A stretch of 64,000 bases of DNA, taken from positions 7,254,001 to 7,318,000 of the forward strand of contig NC_045724.1 in assembly GCF_009834535.1 (NCBI RefSeq), written 5' to 3'. The notes below the pieces were generated by a model. The model made no database searches. It saw only the letters and a list, made by a program, of their open reading frames with translations, and was not told the DNA's origin. Made by a program: the position numbers and the translations under genes. How positions within the stretch are numbered: the stretch's first letter is position 1; each line of letters starts with the position of its first letter. Positions 1 to 12,298 of this stretch are shown here, piece after piece. Source of the stretch: Camelus ferus (taxonomy: Eukaryota).

Positions 1-115
1 CTAAACGATCTGATTCCCGTATGAATGAGCAAATGCCTTTTTAGTGTTCGTCTGTATTTGGCTACATAGCTACAATGAGGGCATTTTAACTTGTTCATGA
101 TTAGAGATGATTCAC
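1..115 (-). CDS. ZBTB10: ZBTB10 coding exon 5, partial (first C2H2 zinc finger)
   Basis: Acceptor CTCAAAG|GT (117-116). Encodes [38 protein letters not shown], with C-x2-C...H-x3-H and a TG linker. Runs off the window edge. Confidence 0.95.
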
Positions 116-309
116 CTTTGAGAATTTAAAAAAAAACAAAACAGCACTTATTATATACTGAACAGAAAATCGCTATCAGGAGCTTGCCTCTTCCTCAGAA
201 CAGGGATTATTATAGGGCTACTAACATCTGAGTTTTTAAAACCCAGATGGAACCTTTTAAAATTGATAAAAAGTATTAAGAATTCTGTAAATGTGTGACT
301 AATACTTGC

Positions 310-486
310 CATTTTCCCAAGTTTCTTGTTTTGGCCAAGATTCAGGCAATAATCCATACTTGAAATCGTTAGAAGCACCTGGTATCAATCCATACTTGAA
401 ATCATTTGAAGTACCTGGTAGCAATCCATACTTGAAATCACTTGAAGGGCCAGGCATGAGGCCATACTTGAAATCATGTGAAGGAC
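310..486 (-). CDS. ZBTB10: ZBTB10 coding exon 4 (177 nt; four 12-aa DFKYGL repeats)
   Basis: Acceptor TATTAG|GT (488-487), non-canonical donor AATG|GCAAGT (309-308). Encodes [59 protein letters not shown](G). Confidence 0.94.
343..486 (-). repeat. Coding tandem repeat, 36-nt unit x4
   Basis: On the + strand, ccatacttgaaatc recurs at 36-nt spacing four times (starting ~354, 390, 426, 462). Confidence 0.95.
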
Positions 487-1293
487 CTAATACAACTGAA
501 AATGATTTTGATATAAGGATGGTAATAAAGATCTGTCTCTTATTAGAATTAAAAAAAACCCAGAAACTAAATTTTTATTTTATGAACATTATGATAGAAC
601 AGCTTAATATAAAATATTCAAATAAAAACTCTACAGTTTGATCTAAAACTGAGATGGCCTCACATTTTATTATCCTAATTATAATATCCTGGTTGGCAGG
701 CATCTTAAATAGAAAACTAATTTCAAATACAATTCAACTATAGGAAAAAAATTCAATAAAATAAATCTGAACACTATTTAATGGTATGTGGAGGTCATAT
801 GAAACTACTCTTTTAATAGTTGCCGTTTCTAACTATTCTGTCACTTTTATCTATTCTAACACTGTTATCCTGAAGCCTAGCTCTGGAATGGAGTAGTCTC
901 CTATTGTCAATCACATATTCTTGTTTTCAGACTATGCAGTACAGAAAAATGGGATAAGGATGCAGACTACAGGGTAAATTACAGGGTAATAAATACAGGG
1001 TAATTACAGTAAAGTGTTTCAGACACAGTGGCGCAAGCTAACAATGAATTTGGGGATTTGTCAAACCCTCTCTAACTTCATCCTTATATAAATGAAAATC
1101 TGGGAGGTAGAGTCAGTGTCCCTTAGGGAATTTGTGCCTGGGAATCTTCAGACTAGCTAAAATAGGAATCATCTCCTCTGCATTTAATTCCATCTTAAAC
1201 ATGTATGTAATTCCTTGGATCCAGAAATCCTCAGGCAATGTTAACACATGCAGAATCCCCCATAACTACTGCTACTCTATCCCATCAGCTGTT

Positions 1294-1429
1294 GGGGAGA
1301 GCGTACTACAATTCAGCGGTAGAGTGCAAGCTCAGCATGCACGAGGTCCTGGGTTCAAACCCCAGTACCTCTGTTAAATGAGTTAAGTAAAATCCAACAA
1401 AAAATTAAAAAAAAAAAACAAAACAAAAA
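1294..1429 (+). mobile_element. tRNA-Ala-derived SINE (camelid vic-1 type)
   Basis: A/B-box tRNA-Ala-like head (gcatgcacgaggtcctgggttcaaaccccagtacctc), A-rich tail, TSD ccatca(g/a)ctgtt. Confidence 0.9.
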
Positions 1430-2049
1430 CCATCAACTGTTGTCTCTGGATTATTTTCAGTAGCCGTCAGCTTATCCCACAGCTTGCAGTGTGTCGCCTT
1501 CCTAGAGTTTATTCTCAACACAGCAATCTGACTCTTCTAAAACTTTAAATCAGAGCCAGGCCCTACTCCACTCAAAAGCCTGCGAGAACCAAGCATCTTA
1601 TAGTAAAAGCCGAAGACTTCCAATACGCTCCAAAGCCTCACACAATCCAGCCCTTGCTTCCAAACCACTCCCCCTTGGCCACTATTTCCAACCAAGAGGA
1701 AAGCAATGTTTTTGAAGTCAAAATCATAACACAGAGCGAACTCAGTTGTAAATACTAATTAATGGATTAGAATGTCCCCTAAAGAGAAACGACTCTAAAT
1801 TAAGGGTTTGCTTCTTTGAAAATGAGATTATATGGCCTATTCTCCACTGAAAATGCCTATGTGCACAAATTTTAAATTTTACATATGAATTCACACAACC
1901 CAACTAAACCTATTCTTGAACCAGATTTCTAAACCATGAAAGCAAGTGCAATAAAGTACTCCTGGCACTATCAGTGATTTTCTGTACAAGAGACAAGTCT
2001 TCAAAATTCAACTCAAAACCTTTTTTGTAAATTCTTTTCTACAGTTAGG

Positions 2050-3190
2050 AGAAATCACCTTAACAAAGTTTCTTCAGAATTATGGCTAAATTTTGGTCAA
2101 TGCATACTTGTAGCCCAAAGCCCCTGAAACCTTTCTGTAAAGAGTACCCACAGTTGTCCCCGTCCCCATCAATTTTTAAAAAGATTTTCAAAGCTACAGA
2201 AGTTGAATCAATGAACATCCATATCCCTTTATCTATCTCCCACAAACGTTAATTTTGCCATAGGCACTTTCTATATATTCCCTTCCACGTATAGTACACC
2301 TTTCACGTACTATTTGAAAACTTGCATGCTTCATCACTTCATCCTAAATGCAGCATGCTATCTTTTAGAACTTTCTCATACATAAACCATAGTGCCTTCA
2401 TCACATCCAATAACTGTGAGACTATCATTTAACAATACTACATATTCACATTTCCAAGGATTCCTAAAATGCCTCTTCACCTTTTTTGGATCGATGATAT
2501 AATCAAGATTGACACAATGCTAAATGCTTTTAGTTGGTCTCACTGGTCTTCTTCAACCTCGTGGTTGCTCTGCTTGTCTTTCCTAGCATTTTAGAACCTG
2601 GACTCGCTGGATTTGTATACATTTGTCTGGATTTCTCTACCTCACGATGAATTCAAGTTAAACATTCTGGCAAGTATACTACATAGGTGATGTGAGCCAA
2701 CTAGTCTATCATATCAGGAGGCACGTTGTTTCAGTTCTTTTATTACTAGTGCTAAGGTTAATCACTTGGTTATCATAATGTTCATCAGATCTCTTTATTG
2801 TAAAGATATCTTATCCCCTTTGTAAGTAAAAGTAAGCTGCGGTATGATACTGAGACCATGTCGGTATGCTACTACAACCGCCTTTCCCCCAACCATGGGA
2901 TGCGTCCACCAACAGCGGCTTGCTATCCAATGATGATTACTTCCCATGGAGGTTGCAAAATAGACATTTTTCCAATTCTATCATTTTTCTGTATTTATTA
3001 GGTTGGCATTTTTCTATAAAGAAAGCTTTCTCCCTTTTCAATTTACTTATACTCATGTTATTCTTTGGAATACTCATGGATTCTTTCACCTTCATATGCA
3101 GGACACCTCCCCCAAAGCAGCTGTTGTTAAGTATTACTACTTCGAACATTTTTCTATAGCTTTCAACAACCATACTGTTATTTTACATCA
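2050..3190 (-). mobile_element. L1MC-type 3'UTR relic in ZBTB10 intron 3
   Basis: caatgaacatccatatccc, catcacttcatcctaaat, gaattcaagttaaacattctggcaag, ttattgtaaagat, tgatgattacttcccatggaggttgcaaaat: motifs recalled from L1MC4/5 3' ends. Confidence 0.7.
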
Positions 3191-3537
3191 AAGCTAATTA
3201 AAGTGGTCAACCATTCTGATAATTACCATTCTCATTTAATCTACACACTAGCAGGAAGCCACAAGCTCTATTAACTTAATTACTTTTTGATATGTGAAAG
3301 TTTTAACAACTCTAAATAAATGACTCCCTCAAACAAACAAGAAATATCTGTCCATTTGTATTTACCAGGATTCTAAATTCTATAATCAACATAGCTGCCA
3401 AATATTTAAAGTGTTTATACATAATACTTTCCTTTAAGGAAAAGAAACTGTAGTAAGTCCTTAATAAACACATACACATTTTCCAATCTTCAAATCCTCT
3501 TAAAGGTACTCCTGCTATAAAATTCTACTGTACCTAC

Positions 3538-3636
3538 CAGCATCACCACCATCTTGACCGGAGCCTGCTTCAGCCAATAAATTTGCATTCACATTCCTAT
3601 CACAATCTGGCCCTGAGAGTAGAGCACCATCCAGAT
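3538..3636 (-). CDS. ZBTB10: ZBTB10 coding exon 3 (99 nt)
   Basis: Acceptor TTTTCAG|AT (3638-3637), donor GCTG|GTAGGT (3537-3536). Encodes (D)LDGALLSGPDCDRNVNANLLAEAGSGQDGGDA(G). Too short for the ORF track. Confidence 0.95.
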
Positions 3637-3999
3637 CTGAAAAGGAGATATAGAATAGTCTGTTATTTACAACGACACCACAGCAGTCGCCCAAAACATC
3701 ACTCTTTCTCAGAACTGTTTCGTATGCAGACTAAATAGAATATCTGCAAGTACTAAATATCTACTATGTGCTTAACGCTACAAGACACAAAAGCATATAA
3801 GACATGGTTTTCAATCACAGGAGCAAGTGCACATTCAACATAAGTACAGTGTACTAGATAGGAATGAACTTAAGAGCCAAGGTGAATTAGGTACCCTGGC
3901 TCCACCTTATGAGCATGTGTCAGTTTCCTCATATGCATCCACCTGTATCATAGATTTGATACAGAAATTTAATTAGGTGATGCAAGCCAAATGTTATAA

Positions 4000-4780
4000 T
4001 AATGGTGTCTGGTACCCAAAAGATAGTTGCTAATGCTAATATTAAGCACTAATGTATAAAACATTATTGTTTCTGTATTGTTCAGAAGTGGAAAAGACCA
4101 ATTAATACTGAACTGGTAAAGGAAGACTTCAGAGAAGAGGTAATTCCTAAGAGTTAATCTTGAAATATGGAAAGGCAGCATAAAAGGGCATACTGATGAG
4201 ATGAGTACTGTTAGTTCCAATCTGTTAATTTCCCTTGAATCTGTTCCATTTCTTCCTTTTCTCTGCCACTGTCTTAATTCAGGCAGCCTTCATTATTCTA
4301 GATTAGTTAGTGAATTACTGAAATGGTCTCTTTGCTTCCAAAATAACAGTTCTCCCACTTCACTTCCCACAACACTGCCAGAGGTCTCCCCAAAACACAG
4401 AACTTCATGTTGCTACTTTACTTCAACAGTTCACCAATTTTTTTGGATATTCTTCAAACTCCTTAATTTAGAATACAAGGTCCTAATATTCAGGTTCCTA
4501 CTTAGGAATCTAGCATCATCCCACAGGTACCATCTACTCTCTCAGATGAATTAAGCCTCAGAAGACATTTTTCAAATGCCATTTATAATGGACAACCTCT
4601 CCTCTACCTTCAATTCAAGACTCGTCTTTGGTATCACCATCCTGTACTGCCAAGAATTCACGGTGACGACTAAAGCATGCATTACTTTCATTTCATTCAA
4701 TAAATACTGAGCACCTTGGAGGTCACCTGATGATCTTAAGAGTGATACTGGTGGATCAGCTGGCAGGTAAAGATTGAGAA
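4000..4780. mobile_element. L2 relics
   Basis: cccttgaatctgttccatttct...ctgccactgtctt...aatggtctctttgctt...tcattcaataaatactgagcacc. Confidence 0.6.
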
Positions 4781-7700
4781 TGGCCTGTGTTTTGAATAGA
4801 AGATGAATTAGAGATATAATACAGTTTGAGAAATTTGGCTGCAAAGGGGACGAGTGAGAAATAGGTCACGAGTTTTGGGTTTATGGTGAAATAAACACTT
4901 AAATGCTGAATGGAAGAAGTCACTATGAAAAGATACTGAAGAATACTGCAAAGAGAAGAAATGATCACTTTCAAGATTCCTAGGGAGTCTGGGATCCCAA
5001 AGCATAAGACAATCAGTATATTTAGAGAGAAGTTTGAAGACAGGAACTTAAAGATATTCTAAATGCTCACTGGCTTTTATCTTCTCTGTAATATAAAACA
5101 GTAGAATGTGAGGTTACTGCCTAGAGTAAAGGGGTTGAAAGTCCAGAGAATGAACAAGTAGTTCACGTGGAAAGCAAGAACAGTAAATTAGACACAGACT
5201 CCTTTCCTGTCCTTGAGAGTAAGAAAACTGCTTAGATTTTTTTTCCCCAGTATTTATCATAGTGCACGACAAATAAAAGGCTTTTCAACAAATGTCATTA
5301 TATGTTGGCTCGGGTAGTCTGCCCTTTGCAACTTGTGTTACTAACTTAGTTTTAACTTAGAATAATTTCTCAGCTTTCTGGTATATAATACCAAAACATC
5401 CACAAACTGAAAATAACTAACTGAAAGTGTACTGACTTTTCTTTCCTATGAAAAATTAAATGTATTTTAATAATAAAAAATTTTAAATCATTATCAAAAC
5501 AATTTTACTTTTCCCAGTATCTTTTGTAAAAAATCATTATTCTAAAGTGTACATTACGTTCAGAGGGCACGTCTTAAAATTCTGCCAGGTAGGTTTGTAA
5601 ATACAGGATGTTTCTATTTATGTAACATTCTATAGTCATTTGTTGAAGGCTTCCTCAGCTAGTTCTTAAAATAGACATTTCCTGTCTCCTACCTTACCTC
5701 TAAAGTATGAGAATTTAATTTGTGATCTTTAATCTAGATGGACACTAAGTAGAGAACACCTCAACCTAAAAGCTTAATAGATGGCAAATGTCTTCTGTGT
5801 ACAGTAACAAAATCATTCCCATGCTACAGATATAAACTCTTTTGAAAGGCACCAACTACTTGGTTCTTGACACCAAAAACAAATCTCAAAATAGGTGAGT
5901 TCTTCCAGGTTGACAATAAACTTTCATGAAAGCATGCTTAACTCAAGAATCAATACATCATACCACCGCTGTACCTTATCTGAATCCAGGCAAACTGCCT
6001 AACAGCGTATGTTTAATCAATTATGATGATGTGAGTAATACAGAAGCCAGGCAACTAACCATTCACAATACCAGAATGAATTCTGCTTCACTAGGAACTC
6101 TTGGTCATCATCTTTTTATCAAAAAAATACAGGATTAAATAACAAACTCTAATATACTTTGCTTTTGTGATATTCATGACTTTCCTATGGAAATCTTTCT
6201 CTTAGTTTTTTAATAGCAGATGTATGTACACTATGTAATAACATTCAAATGATCAGAGTTAAACCATAAGCCACATACAATTTCTTCAGTTTATGAATGT
6301 CTTTTCTCCAGTTAACAGGTAATAGTAGATCCCCTCCTCAAAAGAACACAAAAACAGAAAACCAGATTTTATACATAAACCAATAAGACCTGTATATGCT
6401 ATCTCATTTAAATTTCACTACATATTTACATAGTATTAGTAAAAATACTCTTATCCTCAACCTTGTAAGGAAACGAAAGTCCAGTGCAGCAAAGTGCTGC
6501 ATTGTTTAACTGTATTACACTGCCTCCTGATAACGTAAGTACCAAACCTGACATAAGGCAGGTAGGCAAAAAAAAAAAAAAAAAAGGTACAATTTGCAAT
6601 GCTGGAAATGAGAATACTGAAGCAAAGTAAACCCATCTTAAACTTACTTTCTTGGTGATACTCGACATATTTTGCTAAATAAAGAAAGAAAAAAACCTAC
6701 CTATACTCTGTATGAAACTACCATTCATTTTACTAATTTAATAAAAACATCTCCCAAATCTTAAGTGTACCTAGTTATTAGCTGTCACTGTTCTTTACAG
6801 TAATACATTTGTCTATTTTCAAAGCAACTTCCTCCTTAGAATTCACTTTTTAATAATTCTGATTAACCATGTATTGTAAAACCATGCATTTTAAAAATGG
6901 GTACTTTTTTTTAAACATGATTATCAAGCAATGGAAACAGAATGAGATTTAAAAGATTATAAATTTCAGGTCTCTATCTCTTCCCAAATTTATAACAATT
7001 ATAACTTTATTTTCTTCACAAAGGAGAGCAGCAATATTTACCCACTTCACAAAGTTACTATGAAAAGTAATATTAATAAATAAGAAATACTGCATAAATT
7101 GTAAAGTGTGATACAAATCACACTGTTGTTAAATAAGGTTCATCTTGGTGCCTGTGGTTACAGGTTTCTCCTGGACGACAGTGGACTAGCATTAGCATCC
7201 CTTCCAAATCATCTGGTTAGTGGTACAGCACCTGCCTATAAATGCTAAATAAACAAAACTATGTTGGGTAGGAGGTCTTCCTGACCGTTTGCTTTTTGGT
7301 TCTCAAAATTTCAAACATGAGGCAGGTGCAGGCTAATTCACATTTTCTTAAAACATAAATATTCTTGAAAAGGCTGAAATTATGAGAGAAGACATCAGAA
7401 ATCAAAGGTATAGAAATAAACTATTCTACAAAAACTCTTAAGAGACTCAGTAAGGTCTACTCAACTTTTTGTTTTCATTTCAATATATCCTAGCATCAAA
7501 GTTCTCTTCTCTGAAGACAGTTACAGAGAACTAAGTTTTTAATTTTTGTCATAAACAAGTAAAGATTACTTTTCATTCATTGCAATCAGGTTTTCCCCCT
7601 TTCAGTGGAGCGGAAATTCAGTTACAAATGTATTATGCACCACTGACAGTTCTACAGCAACTTAGAGACTCAAAAGAGCAGTTTCCCTTCACCCCCAAAC

Positions 7701-9039
7701 TCCATGACTCAAATGAGAGCCCGTCTTAGACTAGGCTCTGTTTCTTCTTCGCTCTGCTCAAGCAAAGCTGTTATTTCTCCCATGACTGGGCCTTAACAGG
7801 TGTCCTCAGGACACTCCCCACTCCAATCCTGAACATTCCCCAAGTATTTTTATGTTAAAGGCAAATATAAACAGATTGAATCTCTAATTTAAAACCTCAC
7901 ACTACCTCAGGGTCTATAAAATAAAATTCACAATTACCATGCCAAACAGAGAATCACAATCGGGCCCCACCTAACCTATAGACACAACCTCATCTCCCTA
8001 CTACTCTTTTATGCACTTACTCCAATTTCTTACCACCTTGCAGTCAGTGAATGCCCTTCTCCCTCTCCTGGCAAACTCCTACACAATACAAGATCCACTC
8101 TAGGAAGCTTTCTCCAACTTAACATTACGTGACAAGAAGACAACATTAGTTAGAGCTGTGGTTTAAAAACATTTACGAAGAATCTGGGGAAGTCAAAGTT
8201 CCTATAAGAGAGCCACAAACCCAAAGCATTGAATAATTCACCATGACTTTTCAGATGTTAGGTATAGAAATTTAAATTCCCTTCAAAGCATTTATTTCAC
8301 TAACAATTTTCACTATTTTCTCAATAAATAAAAATGAAAGTATAACCAATAGTGTAGGTTCATTGAAATGTTAGAAGTTTTAAATGGGCCTCATTTTTTA
8401 AAAGACTGGATCTACTAGTTTATTAATTGCCAAGGCTTTAATGTCAGTCCTAAACATGGAACCTGCCTCTATATTTACTAGCTGAATGACCTTGAGAAAG
8501 GCCTTAACCTTGGTAAAATACAGACCCACTACATTCTTTACTGATCTGAATTTACCTGGAGAGTTCTAGTCAATTCTGTGCACCAAAATTTCAGGGCGAA
8601 ACACACTGTCTTTGACTATCAAGACATAATAGGGTTTGGAATTCACAAGGTGGGAGGTACAGCACTTAGCCTAGAAGAAGGGGACTTCCTGGGAATTTTT
8701 TAAACTTAGTATCTGAAGGGTTATCAGGCAGATTAGAGGTTAGGTTCAGATTATACTACTCAAAATGGCACAATTAGGAAGTTAAAGAGAAGCAAATTTT
8801 AGTTCAATATAAAGTAACTTCCTAATAGTCATATTCATCCCACACTGGAACAGGCTGCTTAAAAAAAGCATTCTAACTACTGAAGCGAAAGACCAAGCTG
8901 AGGCTGTAAGACCACCTACCCAGGATGTGGGAGAAAGTACACTGCTCTGGAAAACTGATTTTAAATACTCTTAACATTTTTTAAGGGGGCTAAGATGACC
9001 ATAACAGTTATGTTTTTATGTTTGTCATTTTTCATAATA

Positions 9040-9165
9040 ATCCCGTAAGTAGCGTATTTTAAAGAAAAGAAAACTGAGGGCAAGTGTTTAGCTTAATTTG
9101 ATTATGGTAACACAGTGGGTAAGTGGCAGAACTCATGTTCAAATCCTGACTCAATTTCGGCTCTT
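9040..9165 (-). mobile_element. MIR
   Basis: aaagaaaagaaaactgaggg...gtaagtggcagaactc...ttcaaatcc core. Confidence 0.65.
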
Positions 9166-9175
9166 TCCTCTTTAT

Positions 9176-9353
9176 CAGTGGATCTTAACCTTGGCTTACA
9201 GCACAATCACCTGTAGAGTTTATAAAAATTTCAACAAACAGGCCACATCCCAGACCAATTCAACCAGAATCCCTAGCGGAGAGATCCAAGCATCATGATG
9301 GAATGTAAAGTCCCCAAGTAATGCCAACATGCAGCCATAATTAAGACCCACTG
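9176..9353. mobile_element. MER5-type hAT MITE
   Basis: cagtggatcttaacctt...aatcacctgtagag...cccagaccaatt...ttaagacccactg termini. Confidence 0.75.
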
Positions 9354-9361
9354 CTCTATTC

Positions 9362-9530
9362 CAAGGGTTGGCAATAAAGCTTTATTGGAAGATATCCATG
9401 TTCATTTCTTTACATACTGTCTGTGACTGCTTTCATGCTATAATGACAGAGTTAAGTAACTGACCTTATGACCAGCAAATCCAAAATATTTACTGCTTGG
9501 CTCTTTCAGTAAAAATATACTAGCCTTTGG
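9362..9530. mobile_element. MER58-type hAT MITE
   Basis: caagggttggcaa...aaagctttattggaa...ttctttacatactgtctgtgactgctttc...gcaaatccaaaatatttact. Confidence 0.72.
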
Positions 9531-11225
9531 CTCTGTATCATATTATGTCCTAGCTCTTATAAGACCCATTTTGTCTCACTGATGAAACTGGATTCAGAGG
9601 CACAAAAAAGTTATAAAAAGTTGGAATGCAGCACATCAATAATACAACCAAAGTTGTGACTTAAGCAAAGTTCAGATACCAAAGTGATATCAAAGACGTA
9701 ATAGAGGTATATATTAAGATATGAGCTAAATTAAAAGCGTATTAGACTACCAAAAATTAATTTATGATACAGCTAGTGCAACCTCAGCTAGAGGTGCTTG
9801 CTAAGATAACCACTAGTACTGCTACTTTTGAAAGGATGCACTGTGGTTCAAATCACTGCTTTTCTTCTCTTTGAATGACTCCAATTTTAGAACAGGGTTG
9901 ACTCTGATTAGTTTTGTCAAACTACTACCCCCTCCAGAAACTCCTTGTTTTTCAATTTGTTTGTGTATCTGTATGTATTTTTAAAAAATACTGCAGGGTT
10001 TGCACCGTACTATTAATTAATCCATGCAGCAGAAAGACAATGTAACTTGAGAACTGCTTCAAGGTCTTCTATATTAAAAATTAAGCCAAAATATAAAGTG
10101 CTCCTAAAAAAGTCTACTTACCCTTTATACTTTAAAGAAACTACCTCTGGGGTTTTATTGCTAAAGGCTTAATAAGTAGGAGGGAAAAGATCAGCCAATA
10201 GTATCCGTTATACGTGCATACTAATTTTCACATGATTAAAATTTCTACCAATGAAAACAAAACCCAAGCCGGAGGAACCATTTCATAGGATTATTGTAAT
10301 AATAATCACATTTTGCCCTTTGGGAACTAAAAACAATGATTCTTTTTTAACAGAAAGTACTCCATCCCCAGATGATCACAATGATATAAACCAGACACTG
10401 AACAGTTAAGAGCTTTGAGGCAAAAGAAGCACTAAGTCATGTATGACAGTGGTGGACAGGTCTGGGGTCTGCATAGGAAAACCTCAAACCCACTGGGGCT
10501 GCTTCTTCAAATAAAAGTAAACACAGACAATTAAAGAAAATTTTTGAATCTGTTTTCATTCTTCAACAATGGTCCCCTACAACTCTACTTTTCTAAAGAC
10601 CCACACTACAAGTGATGTGCTAAGGTTCTTGTATACATTTCTTTGGGAACATACTGAAGAGAGAGGTCTCAGGCCTCTTTTTTGAGAACAGAAAAGGAGT
10701 TTATTAGGATATGCTGCTATAGACCACCTGTGTGAGCCCAGAGGCCTCTCTCTTAACTAATGCAAATGAGAAAATGAGGTAATAATAGGACAAACTTAAA
10801 ATATTCCAGCTTCTGAAAGATTTATAGGAAGAACAGAATAGTAGCTCTAAACAAATCAGAACTCCACTATCATTTGCAAAATCAAATGGTTACACCCCCT
10901 CCTCCAAAAAAGTGAAGAATGCTAACTAGATCTCAAAAATGTTCTGAAATGACAAACTGATCACATACTTCAAAGACTATCTTTTCCAGAACTGGGTGCA
11001 AAAAGAGAGCATAGAGGCTAAAGATCATGAAAGTCAAAGAACTATACACAGAGTCCACATGCCATAAAACAGGCAAAATGCCTGATTTAACACAACCTTT
11101 GGGAAATCCACATATACATGCCTAGAGAAAAAAACTAAGATATACCAAAATTATGTACTTGTTTGAGTGATATCCCCTCTTCTGTAATAAACACTTTAAT
11201 TTAGTATTACTTATGTGTATTACTT

Positions 11226-11305
11226 TTTTAAAAAAATTGTTTAATGGAGGTACTAGGGATTGAACCCAGGACCTCGTGCATGCCACTGAACTAGTACCCT
11301 CCCCC
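11226..11305 (-). mobile_element. vic-1-type SINE, internally deleted
   Basis: Reverse-complement head (ggaggtactagggattgaacccaggacctcgtgcatgc...accctccccc) with a ~15-nt deletion; TSD gtattactt. Confidence 0.85.
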
Positions 11306-11409
11306 GTATTACTTCTTTACTTAAAAAATACTTTAAAAATATACTTCCAGATTATATGCAACCAGAATTAGAATGAAAACTGAGATACCTTTGTATACAC
11401 AATATTTAC

Positions 11410-12298
11410 CTGGTTCTTCCTTGATGAATGACAAATCTTCTTCTGGGTAGGTAACAGGTGGCTGCATCACTGAGCAATCTTCTAAATTTGTTTCATTATT
11501 AGGTGGTATATTATAAATAAATCTCTTTGTAGCTTGAGTTTTCCTCCTTGTTTTGCCAGTCTCTTGAATTCCCTGGGAGCCCATATTATTCCAAATAAAC
11601 ACTTTTGTTTGACCTTGAGTTTCATTTTCAGCCAATTCAGGTGAACCATCCTGGACCCAACTACTGTCATTCATTTGATAGTTTTCCATTTGGCCCTCAT
11701 CGACGTTACAACCATCATTTTCAATTTTTACATTACTCGCCAAATTGGTAAGATTCCGTGTTGCCCAAAAACTGGCAGTTTTTTGATCCCGTGATGAAGA
11801 CNNNNNNNNNNNNNNNNNNNNNNNNNNNNNNNNNNNNNNNNNNNNNNNNNNNNNNNNNNNNNNNNNNNNNNNNNNNNNNNNNNNNNNNNNNNNNNNNNNN
11901 NNNNNNNNNNNNNNNNNNNNNNNNNNNNNNNNNNNNNNNNNNNNNNNNNNNNNNNNNNNNNNNNNNNNNNNNNNNNNNNNNNNNNNNNNNNNNNNNNNNN
12001 NNNNNNNNNNNNNNNNNNNNNNNNNNNNNNNNNNNNNNNNNNNNNNNNNNNNNNNNNNNNNNNNNNNNNNNNNNNNNNNNNNNNNNNNNNNNNNNNNNNN
12101 NNNNNNNNNNNNNNNNNNNNNNNNNNNNNNNNNNNNNNNNNNNNNNNNNATTTTTCCGCTCACCACAATGCTGACGTCACAAAGAATACCTTTCTTTCTC
12201 TGTTCATTTAGTTGTCGAAGAAGTTGATAGCAGTACGAGTTCTCATTCGGCCTGCTATTAAAGTCACAGTATCCCTCCTCTGATGGCACTTCTGGCTC
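11410..12298 (-). CDS. ZBTB10: ZBTB10 coding exon 2 (BTB/POZ domain, mostly inside N-run 11802-12149, plus linker)
   Basis: Acceptor TTACAG|GAG (AG at 12300-12299), donor CCAG|GTAAAT (GT at 11409-11408), 889 nt. BTB start motif [24 protein letters not shown] is visible. Confidence 0.96.

Noticed and set aside
343-486. Regularly spaced repeats superficially like a CRISPR array
   Set aside because: Eukaryotic coding tandem repeat; the 'spacers' are homologous to each other and there are no cas genes.
306-641. + strand 111-aa ORF with repeated NPYLKS(L/F)E(A/V/G)PG
   Set aside because: It is the antisense shadow of the ZBTB10 exon 4 repeat; the minus strand has proper splice sites and the known protein.
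11333-11409. ORF-track extension of exon 2 ([25 protein letters not shown])
   Set aside because: Intronic read-through past the GTAAAT donor.
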